Positions 35,064 to 48,058 of a stretch of DNA of 64,000 nucleotides are shown here, one piece after another. How positions within the stretch are numbered: the stretch's first letter is position 1; each line of letters begins with the position of its first letter. The notes beneath the pieces are model-generated. The model had not been told where the DNA came from, did not search any database, and was given only the letters and a program-made list of their open reading frames with translations. This stretch comes from Octopus vulgaris (Eukaryota): positions 15,376,001 through 15,440,000 of the forward strand of contig OX597827.1 of assembly GCA_951406725.2 (NCBI GenBank). The letters run 5' to 3'. Both the position numbers and the translations under genes were made by a program.

Positions 35064-37728
35064 CTATATCTTCTGTTCAATCAGGTCTGACTTGAGACTT
35101 GAAAAAAAAAACTTTTCTCCATTTTACTGAATAAACACATTCATTAAAGGTTTCTTTTCAGTATAAAATTGTTGTAGGGTACCTTCTAAATTTCATTTTT
35201 TTTTATATACAAGTACACCGCCAATTCTCTGGCATCTAAACTTGTTATAAATTTTGCCTAAGTAACAAGTTATGTAATACGAATTCTGAGTAAATTCCTA
35301 GAAAACTACTGCACACTGTTAAACAACTTTTTTCTCTACTAAACCTTCACGCCAGGCCTGTTCATTAGAAATATGTCATATAGCTAGAAGCCTTCTTCAA
35401 CCTTTCAACCATAATTTGTTGGTGTAATTATTTAAAAGAAAAATTTAATGCCACTCGCAAACCCCCTAATTGCTGAGCCCCTCTTGAAGTCTGACTATGA
35501 AGGGTATATATATTTACCTTTATCTCTTTCATGTTCGGACACTGTATTCTCCGCAGTGAAGGTAAGTTATCTGTTAACTTGCTCTTCACAAAGAGGAGGG
35601 GGTCCCTTGGGAGTTGGCACGTGTTGCTAGATTTAGTGTTAAACGTTTGCTCCATTGTACTATTATTGTTAGGTTTAGGGGAGAGTGTTTCTGCCTTCAC
35701 GAAACGTGTGTTACTTGTGAAAAACACACGTATGTCCTAAAGGCCTGGTAGAGAAAAAGTTATTAATTATAATAGCGGGAAATTTAACTGACCTCACTCG
35801 CACTATTCTATCCAGATTAAAAAAAAAGGGGCGGGTGAGGGGACCCGGATCATCATTTGCCAGAAATTCGGTTGTGTACTTTTTTATGTTACTAAATAAA
35901 ATAGAATTTATATTTAGACTAGAAACAATCCCTTGCCTTTCTTTGCTGTATCTGCTAGTTTAGTGTCTCACTTTTCTTGGCCCAGCTCACTCACACTTAA
36001 CAGAATTTTTTTTTCAAATAGATATCTATTTCTTTACTACCCACAAGAGGCTAAACACAGAGAGGACAAACAAGGACAGACAAACGGATTAAGTCGATTG
36101 TATCAACCCCAGTGCGTAACTGGTACTTATTTAATCGACCCCGAAAGGATGAAAGGCAAAGTCGACCTCGGTGGAATTTGAACGTCGATCTATTATGTCA
36201 GTTAATTTTTTTCTCCTGAAACATCACGACAAGTACATCAACACAGACATGTAAATTGTATATTGTGTTCAAACAGAATGGATCCTTAGGAAATTTCCCC
36301 CGCTTCAGTTCATGTCTCTTGTAAAAGTAATTATCTACTCTAAAGTAAGTAAGGTAACTGGTGAGAGAATTTGCATGGAAACAAAAATGTTGCAATACTG
36401 AAAATTATAGATTGATAATTCTGATCTGTAGTCACACATTCTTTCGATTTTTTTTTTTGTTATTCCCTGTAAAATTAACTTTGTTCACTCAAATATAAAC
36501 CCCCTTATTTTTAGGATCGGAATTTTGCCAGATGCCCCCAAAGGATTTGAAATTCATTTGTTTCTTTAGAAACTCTGAATCTTGTTTATTGCTTCAAAAT
36601 CTCATGTTATCTTTCATCGTCAGCATCATCGTCGTTTAACGTCCGCTTTCCATGCTATCATGGGTTGGACGGTTTGACTGTGGGCTGGCGAATCAGATGG
36701 CTGCACCAGGCTCCAGTCTTGATCTGGCAGAGTTTCTACAGCTGGATGCCCCTTCCTAACGCCAACCACTCCGAGAGTGTAGTGGTGGGTGCTTTTACGT
36801 GCCACCGGCATGGGGGCCAGTCAGGTGGTACTGGCAACGACCTCGCTCGAATTTTTTTTTACACAGGTGCCAGTAAGGCGATGCTGGTAACGATCCCGCT
36901 CGAATGGTGCCTCCTACATGCCACCGGCACAGAAGCCAGTTAGCTGCTCTGGCAGTTCTTTAAAGTTATTTATTCGCAAATATTTTGGCTTATTCGATAT
37001 ACCATTCAAGAGCCCATTGCTAAAAGCATGGCTGTGAGGTTAAGAAGCTTGCTTGTCAACAGTTTGGTTTTGAGTTCAATTCCACTCTATGGCATCTTGG
37101 GAAAATGTCTTTTACCATAGTCTTTTGTCAACTAAGACTTTGTGAGTGAAATTTGGTCAGAGCAAACTGAGGAAGTTTATTTCTGTTCTTGGATAGTTGA
37201 CTTGATCTATCAATAGGTTTAACCTGGTCCTTGGGTGCCTTAACAGAGTCCACTTTGTTGCAAATATTAGGACCAGGTCTTTCATATGAGGATAATTTCC
37301 TCCCATTAATCCCAGGAGCACTGCAAAGTGATCTTAGGTACCGCCCTTCCTCTTCAGCCTAAGCAACAAAGAAGTGATATAATTATGCCTGATTGTAAAA
37401 ATTTACACTAAGCATTGTTGTTGATATTGTATTTTTTATATTGGCACAGAAGTTGGCCAAGTCATTAGAATGTCTAATTAATAGTTTGTATCCTATTATT
37501 GGCATTGTGATATGTCTGTAACTAAGACAGGTTTACTCTTAGGATCAACATATTTTAAACTGTAGATTGACACTATGCAGTGCTATGTGTTTGTAATAGG
37601 GCTGAGTATTTTGATAGCTTTTCCACACTGTGCTCAATTTCTAACTGTGAGCCACTGTATTGAACCCTTATATACATTACCATGTATAAAAAAATTTAAA
37701 CTACAGCTGCATTTAATAATCTTGTTTG

Positions 37729-38110
37729 GGATCTTTTCGATTTGAACGGCAGTTTTTAACATAATTTCTTGGTAACTAAAAAAATGTTAAACTTCGTATA
37801 CTGGTAGAATGTGTTTATAAAACATCTTTTTCTCTCGGCTTTATTGAGAAAATTCTATAGTTTGTAAGATATTTGTTGTTGTTTTTCTTCAATTTCTGCA
37901 ATTTCAAACCAATCAGTGACGTCTATTGAGGTAAAAAAAACATTCTGTGCCGTATGAATATGTCCCTCGCTTAAGAAACAGATTGGGTTTATTTACATTT
38001 GTGAAGGAAAAAAGATACCCTTCTCCCCCACCCCTAACCCTAACCCTAAAACAGATTGAAATGCAATAGATCGATACTAGGGTCATAATTATGGGTGACA
38101 ATTTCATATA
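37729..38110. mobile_element. MITE M1, truncated inverted copy
   Basis: Reverse match to 8655-9072, including (CCCTAA)n; a further partial copy at 56076-56280. Confidence 0.85.
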
Positions 38111-38410
38111 CCAAATTTAAAAAAATAAAACAAATATCATTTCCAGCCAAATGTGCACCTGTCCTTGTTAATTGGTGTTGTGAATTTTAAAATCTACCTA
38201 AAAATTATGCTACAGAGATGAGTTTAATATTGAATAAGTTTGTCATTTACATTTGATGGATATTTGTCCTCATCTTGTTTGTTGTTAACACGTTTCTGTC
38301 AAATGTAAATAATGTACATAGTTCCTTATCTCTTAAATATAAAATTGAATAAGTTGTTTTACTAAATCCCTCTTAATTTTTGATTATTTAAAAAAAATTA
38401 TTTGAAACAC

Positions 38411-38766
38411 TGCCGGGTCATAGTGCTAGTGCATGCATGTACAGCTGCGTGCGTGTGCACACACACGCAAGTACTGTCCAAATCTCCGACCAATCACATA
38501 CAGCTAGCTGGCATTCAATTGGCGTATCAAGTTTAGGGCATTTTGATTGGGTTTTGGATAGAAAATTCACAAAAAAGTCACTTCTATTGATTTTTTAATG
38601 GCTTTGCGGGGTGACTGGAGAAATGTAAAGATGTGCATGACCACCCTTGGACGGTTTTGAATGATCATAGAAAGTGTGAGCCCTCTAACTGAGAAATTGT
38701 GGATTTGTATAAAGGATACACACACACACACACACACAGACATTTTGCTGTTTATATATAGAGAGA
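38411..38766 (-). mobile_element. Helitron H1 copy 3 (3' terminus truncated)
   Basis: Reverse complement of 19268-19641, lacking the distal hairpin arm. Confidence 0.85.
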
Positions 38767-38910
38767 TGAAGATAATTTATTTTATGGTCATGAAAGTTAA
38801 CTGTTTACATAATCAGTGATTATGTATTTAAACACTTTGTACCTTTTTCTGCATATTTCTGTTAGCTTCTTTTATTAATTGCTTCACATTATTTTCCTAA
38901 CGATATATAA

Positions 38911-38944
38911 TTTTCTTTCTTTCTTTTTCTTTTTCTTTTTTAGG
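38911..38944 (+). promoter_or_regulatory. Probable splice acceptor of the ZNF-B coding exon
   Basis: 30-nt polypyrimidine tract followed by TAG|G, 420 nt upstream of the ATG. Confidence 0.7.
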
Positions 38945-39363
38945 TAACATTCACCAAATCTTCCAGCTGAAATGGAACAGGATTTCCAAAGAACTGTCTG
39001 TTTAACAATTTAAACATAGATGACACTGGAACTTCATATATTAAAATTACATTTTTATTTTATCCATTTTTTATTGTTGAAGTTCAGCACATCAAAATTC
39101 TTGAAGTTTCTACAAGACAGAACTACATCTCAAAAAGAAGTCTATTCTATTTATCCATTTACAAGTGCACAATCCATTTTTATACCAAAGATAATCTAGT
39201 CTTAATATTTTATCAAATCAAATGAAGTGAACAAGACTAAAATTTAAACCTTATTTTCAACTTTATATTTCAAATGTTGGCATTTTCACTTTGTTAAAAA
39301 GTCTTTTTTTTTCTTTTTTTTTTTTTTTTCTAATTATAAAAAAATCAAGATTCTTTCATTGTC

Positions 39364-40866
39364 ATGAATTCAATGCTTGTGTCTAACCAGATGCATAATT
39401 CTTCGTCAGTTCATAATATGGAACGAATGTACAATTGCAGTATCTGTATGAAGACGTTTTCAAGGTACGACAACTTAGAACGACACAAGCTGACTCACCA
39501 AATGGAAAAACCCTTCAACTGTGACATATGTGGTAAAGCCTTTAGCCAGAAATATCACTTGAAGCAGCACCAAGTTACTCACACTGGGGAGAAGCCTTTC
39601 AAGTGCAACATCTGCGACCACAGCTTCTCACGCAACGGCAACCTATCTAGACATATGGCAATCCATACCAAAACTCTGTCCCCGAACAACACAGCAAGAC
39701 CGCCTCTCCATTCCTCTTCTTACGATGACAATCCATACAATTGTGACGTCTGTGGCAGGGCTTCACAGAATCAGAAACAAAACATGGGGCACACAGTGAT
39801 TAATTCGGTAGACAAACCATTTAAATGTGATATCTGTGGTTGCACTTTCTCTCGCAGTGGTGACCTGACGAGACACATGAAGACGCACGAGAAAGCTCTC
39901 CAGCCATACCATAACAACGGAGGCACAAGTTCGCCGCCGTATCAAAGTGAGAACCCATTTAATTGTAAGGCTTGCTGGAAGGCTTTTTCTCAGAGGGCTG
40001 GCGTAAATGTTCACGAGAAAATTCACAAAGCACTTAAACCATTCCAATGCGACGAGTGCGGTAAAGCATTCTCTCAACGTACACATTTACAAGTTCACAA
40101 AAGTCGTATACATACAGGTAACAAACAGTTCAAACCAAGCGGGGACACAACTCCTACAAGATCAAAATCTCACGAGAATCCATTGAACTGTGACATCTGC
40201 TGGAAGGCCTTCTCTCAAAGATCTCTCGTGAGCCTGCACAAACGTATCCATTCTGTTGTTTTACCGTTCGAGTGTAACATATGCGGGAAAGTTTTCACGG
40301 AAAAGGGAAACTGGAAGAGACATCAACGCAGTCATTTGGGAGAGAAATTGTTCAGTTGTGATGTGTGTTCAAAGACGTTTTTACAACGGTCCCACTTAAA
40401 AGAACATCAGAAAACTCATTCTGGTGAACGTCCTTTCAAATGCTCAACCTGTGGTTACGCATTTTCTCGCAAAGATCACCTCGAGCGCCATCAACGAACT
40501 AATAAATGTTCCAAAAAAGTGAACTGCACTCTTCAGCAAACATCATCGTCGTCATCCTCATCAGGCAACACTGGGGAAAATCCTAACAACAACAGCAACA
40601 ACAATCACCAGTTAAATATTACACACCATCCAACCACGACTGCTCCTACTGTGCCACCCCAGCATTCAAATGTACCACGACACCATACCACAGAGATCCC
40701 CCAGCACACAAACTTACCCAACGCCCCAATGTATCCGGCCACCACTCAAATGTACCCTACTACCATACAATTGTATCCAAGTACACCTGTGTTTCCAACC
40801 ATACAAATGTATCCAAATGCATCCCAAATATTTGCAGCAAACAACCAAATATTTCCAAACAATTAG
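39364..40866 (+). CDS. C2H2 zinc-finger protein ZNF-B, 500 aa, single coding exon; about 11 fingers (F4 degenerate, F11 possibly C2HC) and an S/N/P/T/Q-rich C-terminus
   Basis: Uninterrupted 1.5-kb ORF with C2H2 motifs and TGEKP/SGERP linkers; in-frame stop upstream. Confidence 0.95.
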   Translation: MNSMLVSNQMHNSSSVHNMERMYNCSICMKTFSRYDNLERHKLTHQMEKPFNCDICGKAFSQKYHLKQHQVTHTGEKPFKCNICDHSFSRNGNLSRHMAIHTKTLSPNNTARPPLHSSSYDDNPYNCDVCGRASQNQKQNMGHTVINSVDKPFKCDICGCTFSRSGDLTRHMKTHEKALQPYHNNGGTSSPPYQSENPFNCKACWKAFSQRAGVNVHEKIHKALKPFQCDECGKAFSQRTHLQVHKSRIHTGNKQFKPSGDTTPTRSKSHENPLNCDICWKAFSQRSLVSLHKRIHSVVLPFECNICGKVFTEKGNWKRHQRSHLGEKLFSCDVCSKTFLQRSHLKEHQKTHSGERPFKCSTCGYAFSRKDHLERHQRTNKCSKKVNCTLQQTSSSSSSSGNTGENPNNNSNNNHQLNITHHPTTTAPTVPPQHSNVPRHHTTEIPQHTNLPNAPMYPATTQMYPTTIQLYPSTPVFPTIQMYPNASQIFAANNQIFPNN

Positions 40867-41321
40867 GAATCAATCAGCTTACTAAAAGATTGTTTTTTGT
40901 TTTTTCTTTTTTTTTTTGTCAATTCCTCTTTAGCTTTTTCATTGCGAAAGAAAAAAGAAAAAAACATTTTTCTATGAATTATTTTTATATCAAACAAACA
41001 ATTAATTAACACACCTCCCCACACCCCCACTTTCTTTTTTTTTCTGTGAACTCGGCATGATTCCTATTATCAATCATATCCAGACTATTTCTATTTTTCT
41101 GATTCTATTTGGAGTTTTTCCTTCAGCTCTGAGACAATGCCATTTTGCTTGGATTTTTAAGTAACTGACTCAAAAAGCCAATGACAAAATTAAAAAGGGG
41201 AATGAGGCAGGACACCTGGCATATTGCTACCTGTATCCAGCTGTCACCAATAACAGTTCAATTTCTTTTGCTATTTGTGAATTTCTATGATGTTATCACC
41301 TGTTATATAGTCACCATTTAT

Positions 41322-41385
41322 AATTATTATTATTATTATTATTACTACTACTATTATTATGATTATTATTATTATTATTACTATA
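41322..41385. repeat. (ATT)n/(ACT)n microsatellite in the probable ZNF-B 3'UTR
   Basis: Seen directly. Confidence 0.9.
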
Positions 41386-41520
41386 ATGTTTAATCAAGCC
41401 AAATATGAAAGTTTTTTTTCTTTTTGTTTTGTTCTTGTTTCTTCAAATGAAATTTTTAAAAGATATTTGTAAAACCACAAATCCAGACATTTATTAGAAG
41501 AGTTTATAAAATAGACTTAA

Positions 41521-41739
41521 CCCTTTAGTGTTCAGATTATTCTATCAAACATAATGCTTATTGATTCCCATTGATTTGAATTAATCATGCATTATCCCAT
41601 ATCTTCAAGATCTTGATGGTGTAATTACTTCATGTAGAATAACATTGTAGGGTAGGTGTGAGGGCCTGGATCTGGTCAGTTTGAACATAAAACAGATTAA
41701 ATATTTTGGCCGGATATGGCCGGTTTAAATACTAAAGGG
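41521..41739. mobile_element. piggyBac-like MITE
   Basis: TTAA|CCCTTTAGT ... ACTAAAGGG|TTAA; related inverted copy at about 47771-47997. Confidence 0.85.
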
Positions 41740-42195
41740 TTAAAATCAAATTATGCACTGAAATTTTATAAATTTTAAATTAGTATCAGTTTTCTTCTAC
41801 GTTTTAAATGTTATCCATTGAAAGGCTTTCTTTCAACAAAGGATCTCTGGATATTATATTTCATCCTCTCTCCATTAATCATTCGTCTTTTTTTTTTAAT
41901 AAGAAAGTTTAAAGGAAATATACTAAGACTACCCTACCCTAATATGATAAACACTTTAAAAAAATATTGTTAGATTTCAGCTGCTGCAGATGTTTTGGGT
42001 GTTTACCGAAAATGTTACCTGTGTAGTTCTTTGATCATGACTGAAGAAATGTTTTGTATTACAATCATAAAAAATAACCATTTGTTTTGGAGTTTAGATT
42101 TTATGTCTTTATTCATTTTCCTTTATATCCCTTTTTTCCATGTTAGCATGGCTTAGATGAGTACAAATTATCGAGGGTTTTTTTTTTATTCTTGA

Positions 42196-42565
42196 TTAGC
42201 AGTATGACCCGGTGTTGCCGGGTCATGGTGCTAGTGCATGCATATACAGCTACGTGCGTGCACACATACACGCGAGTACTGTCTAAATCTCCGACCAATC
42301 ACATACAGCTAGCTGGCATTCAATTGGCGTATCAAGTTTTGGGCATTTTGATTGAGTTTTGGATAGAAAATTCACAAAATAGTCAACGTCTATTGATTTT
42401 TTTAATGGCTTTGCGGGGTGACTGGGGAAATGTAAAGATGTGCACGACCACCCTTGGACGGTTTTGAATGACCATAGAAAGTGCGAGCCCTCTAACTGAA
42501 AAATTGTGGATTTGTATAAAGGACACACACACAGACAGACATTTTGCCGTTTATATATATGGAGA
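42196..42565 (-). mobile_element. Helitron H1 copy 4
   Basis: A|TC start, hairpin, CTAA|T end on the minus strand. Confidence 0.85.
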
Positions 42566-42739
42566 TGTCTTCAAAAGCAGAGAGACAGTTTGTCAATTGG
42601 GAATTGTCAGTAAAGACCACCATTTGTAGCTCAAGGCCTTTTTTTTTTCATATGAATGTCAAAGTGCAGAATGTAAACATTCTCAGATACACTCACGTTG
42701 CACACGTATATACATACATAGACTCATATATATGGTTAC

Positions 42740-43628
42740 TCTCTTTTACTCTTTTACTTGTTTCAGTCATTTGACTGCGACCATGCTGGAGCACTGCCTT
42801 TAATCGAGCAACTCGACCCCGGGACTTATTCTTTTATAAGCCCAGTACTTATTCTATCGGTCTCTTTTGCCGAACCGCTAAGTAACGGGGACATAAACAC
42901 ACCAGCGTCGGTTGTCAAGCGATATTGGGGGACAAGCACAGACACACAAACATACACACACACACGCACATATATACATATATACGATGGGCTTCTTTCA
43001 GTTTCCGTCTACCAAATCCACTCACAGCATCGGTTGTCAAGCAATGCTAGGGGGACAAACACAGACACACAAACACACACACACACGCACATATATACAT
43101 ATATACGACGGGCTTCTTTCAGTTTCCGTCTACCAAATCCACTCACAAGGCATTGGTCGGCCTGAGGCTATAGTAGAAGACACTTGCCCAAGGTGCCACG
43201 CAGTGGGGACTGAACCCGGAACCATGTGGTTGGTAAGCAAGCTACTTACCACACAGCCACTGACAATGGGCGCAGGAGTGGCTGTGTGGTAAGTAGCTTG
43301 TTTACCAACCACATGGTTCCAGGTTCAGTTCCACTGCGTGGCACCTTGGGCAAGTGTTTTCTACTATAGCCTCGGGCGACCAAAGTCTTGTGGTAGACGG
43401 AAACTGGAAGAAGCCCGTCATGTATATGTATGTGTGTTTGTCGCCCCCAACATCGCTTGACAACTGATGCTGGTGTGTTTATGTTCCTGTAAATTAGCGG
43501 TTCAGCAAAAGAGAATGATAGAATAAGTACTAGGCTTATAAAGAATAAGTCCTGGGGTTGATTTGCTCGACTAAAAGGTGGTGCTCCAGCATGGCCACGG
43601 TCAAATTACTGAAACAAGTAAAAGAGTA
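42740..43628. mobile_element. Head-to-head pair of S1 SINEs
   Basis: Minus copy 42740-43261 (with internal duplication) and plus copy 43269-43628. Confidence 0.85.
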
Positions 43629-43668
43629 ATGGGACACGTCAGCATCTGTGACAGCATTGCTGCTATGT

Positions 43669-43967
43669 GTGTGGAGGCACATGGCCTAGTGGTTAGAGCA
43701 GTGGACTTGTGGTCGAGGAATTGCGTGTTCGAATCTCAGACCGGATGATGTGTGTGTTTATGAGCAAAACACCTAAGCTCCAGCAGAAGGTATTGGCGAA
43801 ACTTCTGCTGACTCTTTCACCACAACTTTCTCTCACTCTTTCCTCCTACATCTTGCAGCTCACCTGTGACAGACCGGCGTCCCGTCCAGGTGGGGAACTT
43901 ATACGCCAAGAAACCGGGAAAACCGGCCCTTATGAGCCAGGCATGGCTCGAGAAGGAACAAACAACA
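43669..43967 (+). mobile_element. SINE S3 (tail C)
   Basis: 13-bp TSD ATTGCTGCTATGT. Confidence 0.85.
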
Positions 43968-44297
43968 ATTGCTGCTATGTACCCAAATGACAGACGTAGA
44001 GCCCCTCTTCAACTCATTCCAATCTTTCACCAACAAATGTGCTGCCTTCTCACACCTTTTATGCCACCACTTCTGCAACAGTGGCCCACTGCTCTTCATA
44101 CCTGGCTGATCTCATGCCACCTCCACTCAGGCCCACCCAGTTCACTCATATTTCCACCTCTTATCACCCATATTGTGTCTAAAGCTTCATACTAACCACT
44201 TACCCATGGTTAGTCCACGTTACTCCATAAGGAGCACAGGGCCAGTTTATCTGCCTTAATTATTCCTCTCTGGACAGGACGCCGGTCTCTCTTTACC

Positions 44298-45395
44298 CTT
44301 TACTCTTTTACTTGTTTCAGTCATTTTGACTGCGGCCATGCTGAAGCACCGCCTTTAGTCAAGCAAATCGACCCCGGGACTTATTCTTTGTAAGCCCAGT
44401 ACTTATTCTATCGGTCTCTTTTGCCGAACCGCTAAGTGACGGGGACGTAAACACACCAGCATCGGTTGTCAAGCAATGCTAGGGGGACAAACACACATAT
44501 ACATATATATATATATATATACATATATACGACAGGCTTCTTTCAGTTTCCGTCTAGCAAATCCACTCACAAGGCATTGGTCGGCCCAGGGCTATAGCAG
44601 AAGACACTTGCCCAAGATGTCACGCAGTGGGACTGAACCCGGAACCATGTGGTTGGTTAGCAAGCTACTTACCACACAGCCACTCCTGCGCCTAGGATTA
44701 CTCATTTTTACCAGCTGAGTGGACTGGAGTATTGTGCTCAAGAATACAGCATATTGCTCAGTCCAGGAATCGAAATCACAAGCTTATGCTCACATGTCCA
44801 ACACCCTAACCTCTAAGCCATGCGACTCCGCATACCACTTACCCATCCTTTATCCAGAATTCACTCCCTGCCCTTGTTCTACTGAAGTGGCGTCATTCTC
44901 TGTCACATCGCACTCTCGTCTGAGAAAGACAAATACGACATCGTTCTATTTAATTATGATCAGCAAACTGGAATGGTGGATTATTTCTTACTTGCTTTAG
45001 GCACAGGAGTGGCTGTGTGGTAAGTAGCTTGTTTACCAACCACATGGTTCCGGGTTCAGTCCCACTGCGTGGCACCTTGGGCAAGTGTCTTCTGCTATAG
45101 CCCTGGGCCGACCAATGCCTTGTGAGTGGATTTGGTAGACGGAAACTGAAAGAAGCCTGTCGTATATATGTATATATATATATGTGTTTGTGTGTCTGTG
45201 TTTGTCTCCCTAGCATTGTTTGACAATTGATGCTGGTGTGTTTACGTCCCCGTCACTTAGCGGTTCAGCAAAAGAGACCGATAGAATAAGTACTGGGCTT
45301 ACAAAGAATAAGTCCCGGGGTCGAGTTGCTCGATTAAAGGCGGTGCTCCAGCATGGCCGCAGTCAAATGACTGAAACAAGTAAAAGAGTAAAGGA
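44298..45395. mobile_element. Second head-to-head S1 pair (44298-44692 -, 45000-45395 +)
   Basis: Family consensus matches. Confidence 0.85.
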
Positions 45396-45810
45396 GAGAG
45401 AGTTTAGTCACTTGAACAAATCAACTTTTTAAAATTTAATTAAATTTTTTTTTTTTGTATGCTTGGTATTCCATCAGTCTTGCTGAACCTGTAAGTTACA
45501 GTGACATAAACAAACCAGAGCTGGTTGTGAAGCAGCTGTGGGAGACAAACCTGAATACGCACACAGACCAGGTTTCCACACAGTTTTCATGTACCAAGTT
45601 CACTCAAGGCATAAGTCAGCCTGGGGACACTGACACAGTGTCTATCAGTGCATCTGGACATGGAACCACATGGTTGCAAAGTGAGCTACTTAAACACATA
45701 GCTATTGCCTGGGCCTGTATTGTTTAATTGTATGACTTTAGAAGACTTAAAAAGACAGTAAAAAGAATATACCAAAACCATTTTCTTGGCATGTCTCTCA
45801 GACTGCCTGT

Positions 45811-47025
45811 CATCATCATCATCATCGTTTAACGTCCGCTTTCCATACTAGCATGGGTTGGACGATTTGACTGAGGACTGGCGAACCAGATGGCTGCACC
45901 AGGCTCCAATCTTGATCTGGCAGAGTTTCTACAGCTGGATGACCTTCTTAATGCCAACCACTCTGAGAGTGTAGTGAGTGCTTTTTATGTGCCTCCGGCA
46001 TGGGGGCCAGTCAGGCGGTACTGGCAACGACCTCACTCGAATTCTTTTACAAGTGCCTCGAATTGTGCCTTTTATGTGCCACCGGCACAGAAGCCAGTTA
46101 GCTGCTCTGTCAACAATCATGCTCAGATGGTGCTCTTAGCGCCCCACTAGCACGGATGCCAGTCATCAAATTTGATTTCGATTTCACTTGCCTCAACAGG
46201 TCTTCGCAAGCAGAGTCTAGTGTCCAAAGAAGGAAAGGTATGCATAAGTGGGCTGGTTACACCCCTGGCATAGGTCACGAGGCTATGGTCTCATTTGGCT
46301 TGCCGGGTCTTCTCAAGCACAGCATATTTCCAGAAGTCTCAGTCACAAGTCATTGCCTCAGCGAGGCCTAATGTTCGAAGGCCATGCACCACTTCATCCT
46401 GGGTCTACCTCTTCCACAGGTTCCCACAACCGCTAAGGTGTGACACTTTTTCACACAGCTATCCTCATCTATTCGCAGCACATGACCATACCAGTGCAGT
46501 TGTCTCTCTTGCACACCACAACTGATGCTTCTTAGGTCCAACTTTTCTCTTAAGGTACTTACACTCTTTCGTATATGCACACTGACATTACACATCCATC
46601 GGAGCAAGCTGGCTTCATTCCTTGTGAGCTTATGCATGTCCTCAGCAGCCACGGCCCATGTTTCACTGCCATGTAGTATGGCTGTTCGTACACATGCATC
46701 ATACAGTCTACCTTTTACTCTGAGCGAGAGTCCCTTTGTCACCAGCAGAAGTAAGAGCTCTCTGAACTTTGCCCAAGCTATTCTTATTCTAGCAGTTACA
46801 CTTTCAGCGCACCCTCCCCTGCTACTGACTAGGTCACCTAGGTAACGGAAGCTATCAACTACTTCTAGTTTTTCTCCCTGGAATGTGGCGGAAGTTGTTC
46901 TCTGCACATCTTCAGTGTTTATTGCTCCTGAGCATTTGCCACACACAAAAACTATCTTCCCAGTTAGCCTTCCTTTGATATTGCTGCACCTCTTATGTGT
47001 CCATAGCTTACACAGGGTACATCTT
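45811..47025 (-). mobile_element. RTE LINE, 5'-truncated copy with 3'UTR and (GAT)n tail
   Basis: ORF 46368..46946 (VDSFRYLG..RGRPR) matches 12290-13000. Confidence 0.92.
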
Positions 47026-48058
47026 ACGATTTATGTATACAGTGGAAGCTGCTTATTGTAATCAGTTTGGGACTGATAACTTTTGATAACATTATATGTG
47101 ATGGTACTTAAGTAGTTATCACTGTACAAGGATGAATGTATTTTCACAAGTAGCGTAAAATCCATGCATTGTTTATTGTGTTCAATATATACAAAAGTTC
47201 CACACCTTTAACTCTTTTGATACCTATTTCTTTACTACCCACAAGGGGCTAAACACAGAGGGGACAAACAAGGACAGACAGACGTATCAAGTCGATTACA
47301 TCGACCCCAGTGCGTAACTGGTACTTAATTTGGAAATCAAGTGGATGGAAACAAACTTTCCAATCCCATGTCATGTTTCCAGTTCCAAGTCATGTTTCAC
47401 TCGGAACCATTAACTGTAGGCATATGGAAGAAATAGGTTCAATCCTGGGGAGAGTGCAGAGTATGGTTCTCAACAAAGTGGATGGAGAGTATAAATGGAA
47501 TTTTAAAAAAAAAAGCAAAAAGAAAACAAACAAACAAACAAACAAAACCAACTAACTACTCTGTGATCTAGCTGTTTGGAGTCATAGAATACTTTTTGGA
47601 GACTTTTTCATGTATTATTAATGCTTTTGATATGATATTTCAGTTGAAAATACACTTGTTTTCATTTCTGTTAATTTGAATATTATGAAGTGTTTAGTGA
47701 AATAACTCCATTTTTAAGCCAGTTTTTGAAACAACATAAAATTTTGATAGATTTTTATATAAATCACTTTTTAAGCTTTTAGCATTTAAATGAGCCATAT
47801 CAGACCCAAATATTCTACCTGCTTTATATTCCAAACTAGCCAGACCCAGCTCCTCACAACTATCCTACAATGTCATTCTAAAAATATACAATAACATCAT
47901 TGAAATCTCAAAGCTATGAGATAATGTGTGATTAATTCAAAACAATGAATAAATAAGCATTACACATGACAGAGTAATCTGAATGCTAGAGGGTTAAAAT
48001 AACAAGGTTTTTATCATAGAACCAAGGGTGGCATCAGGTTGGTATCAAAGGAGTATAA

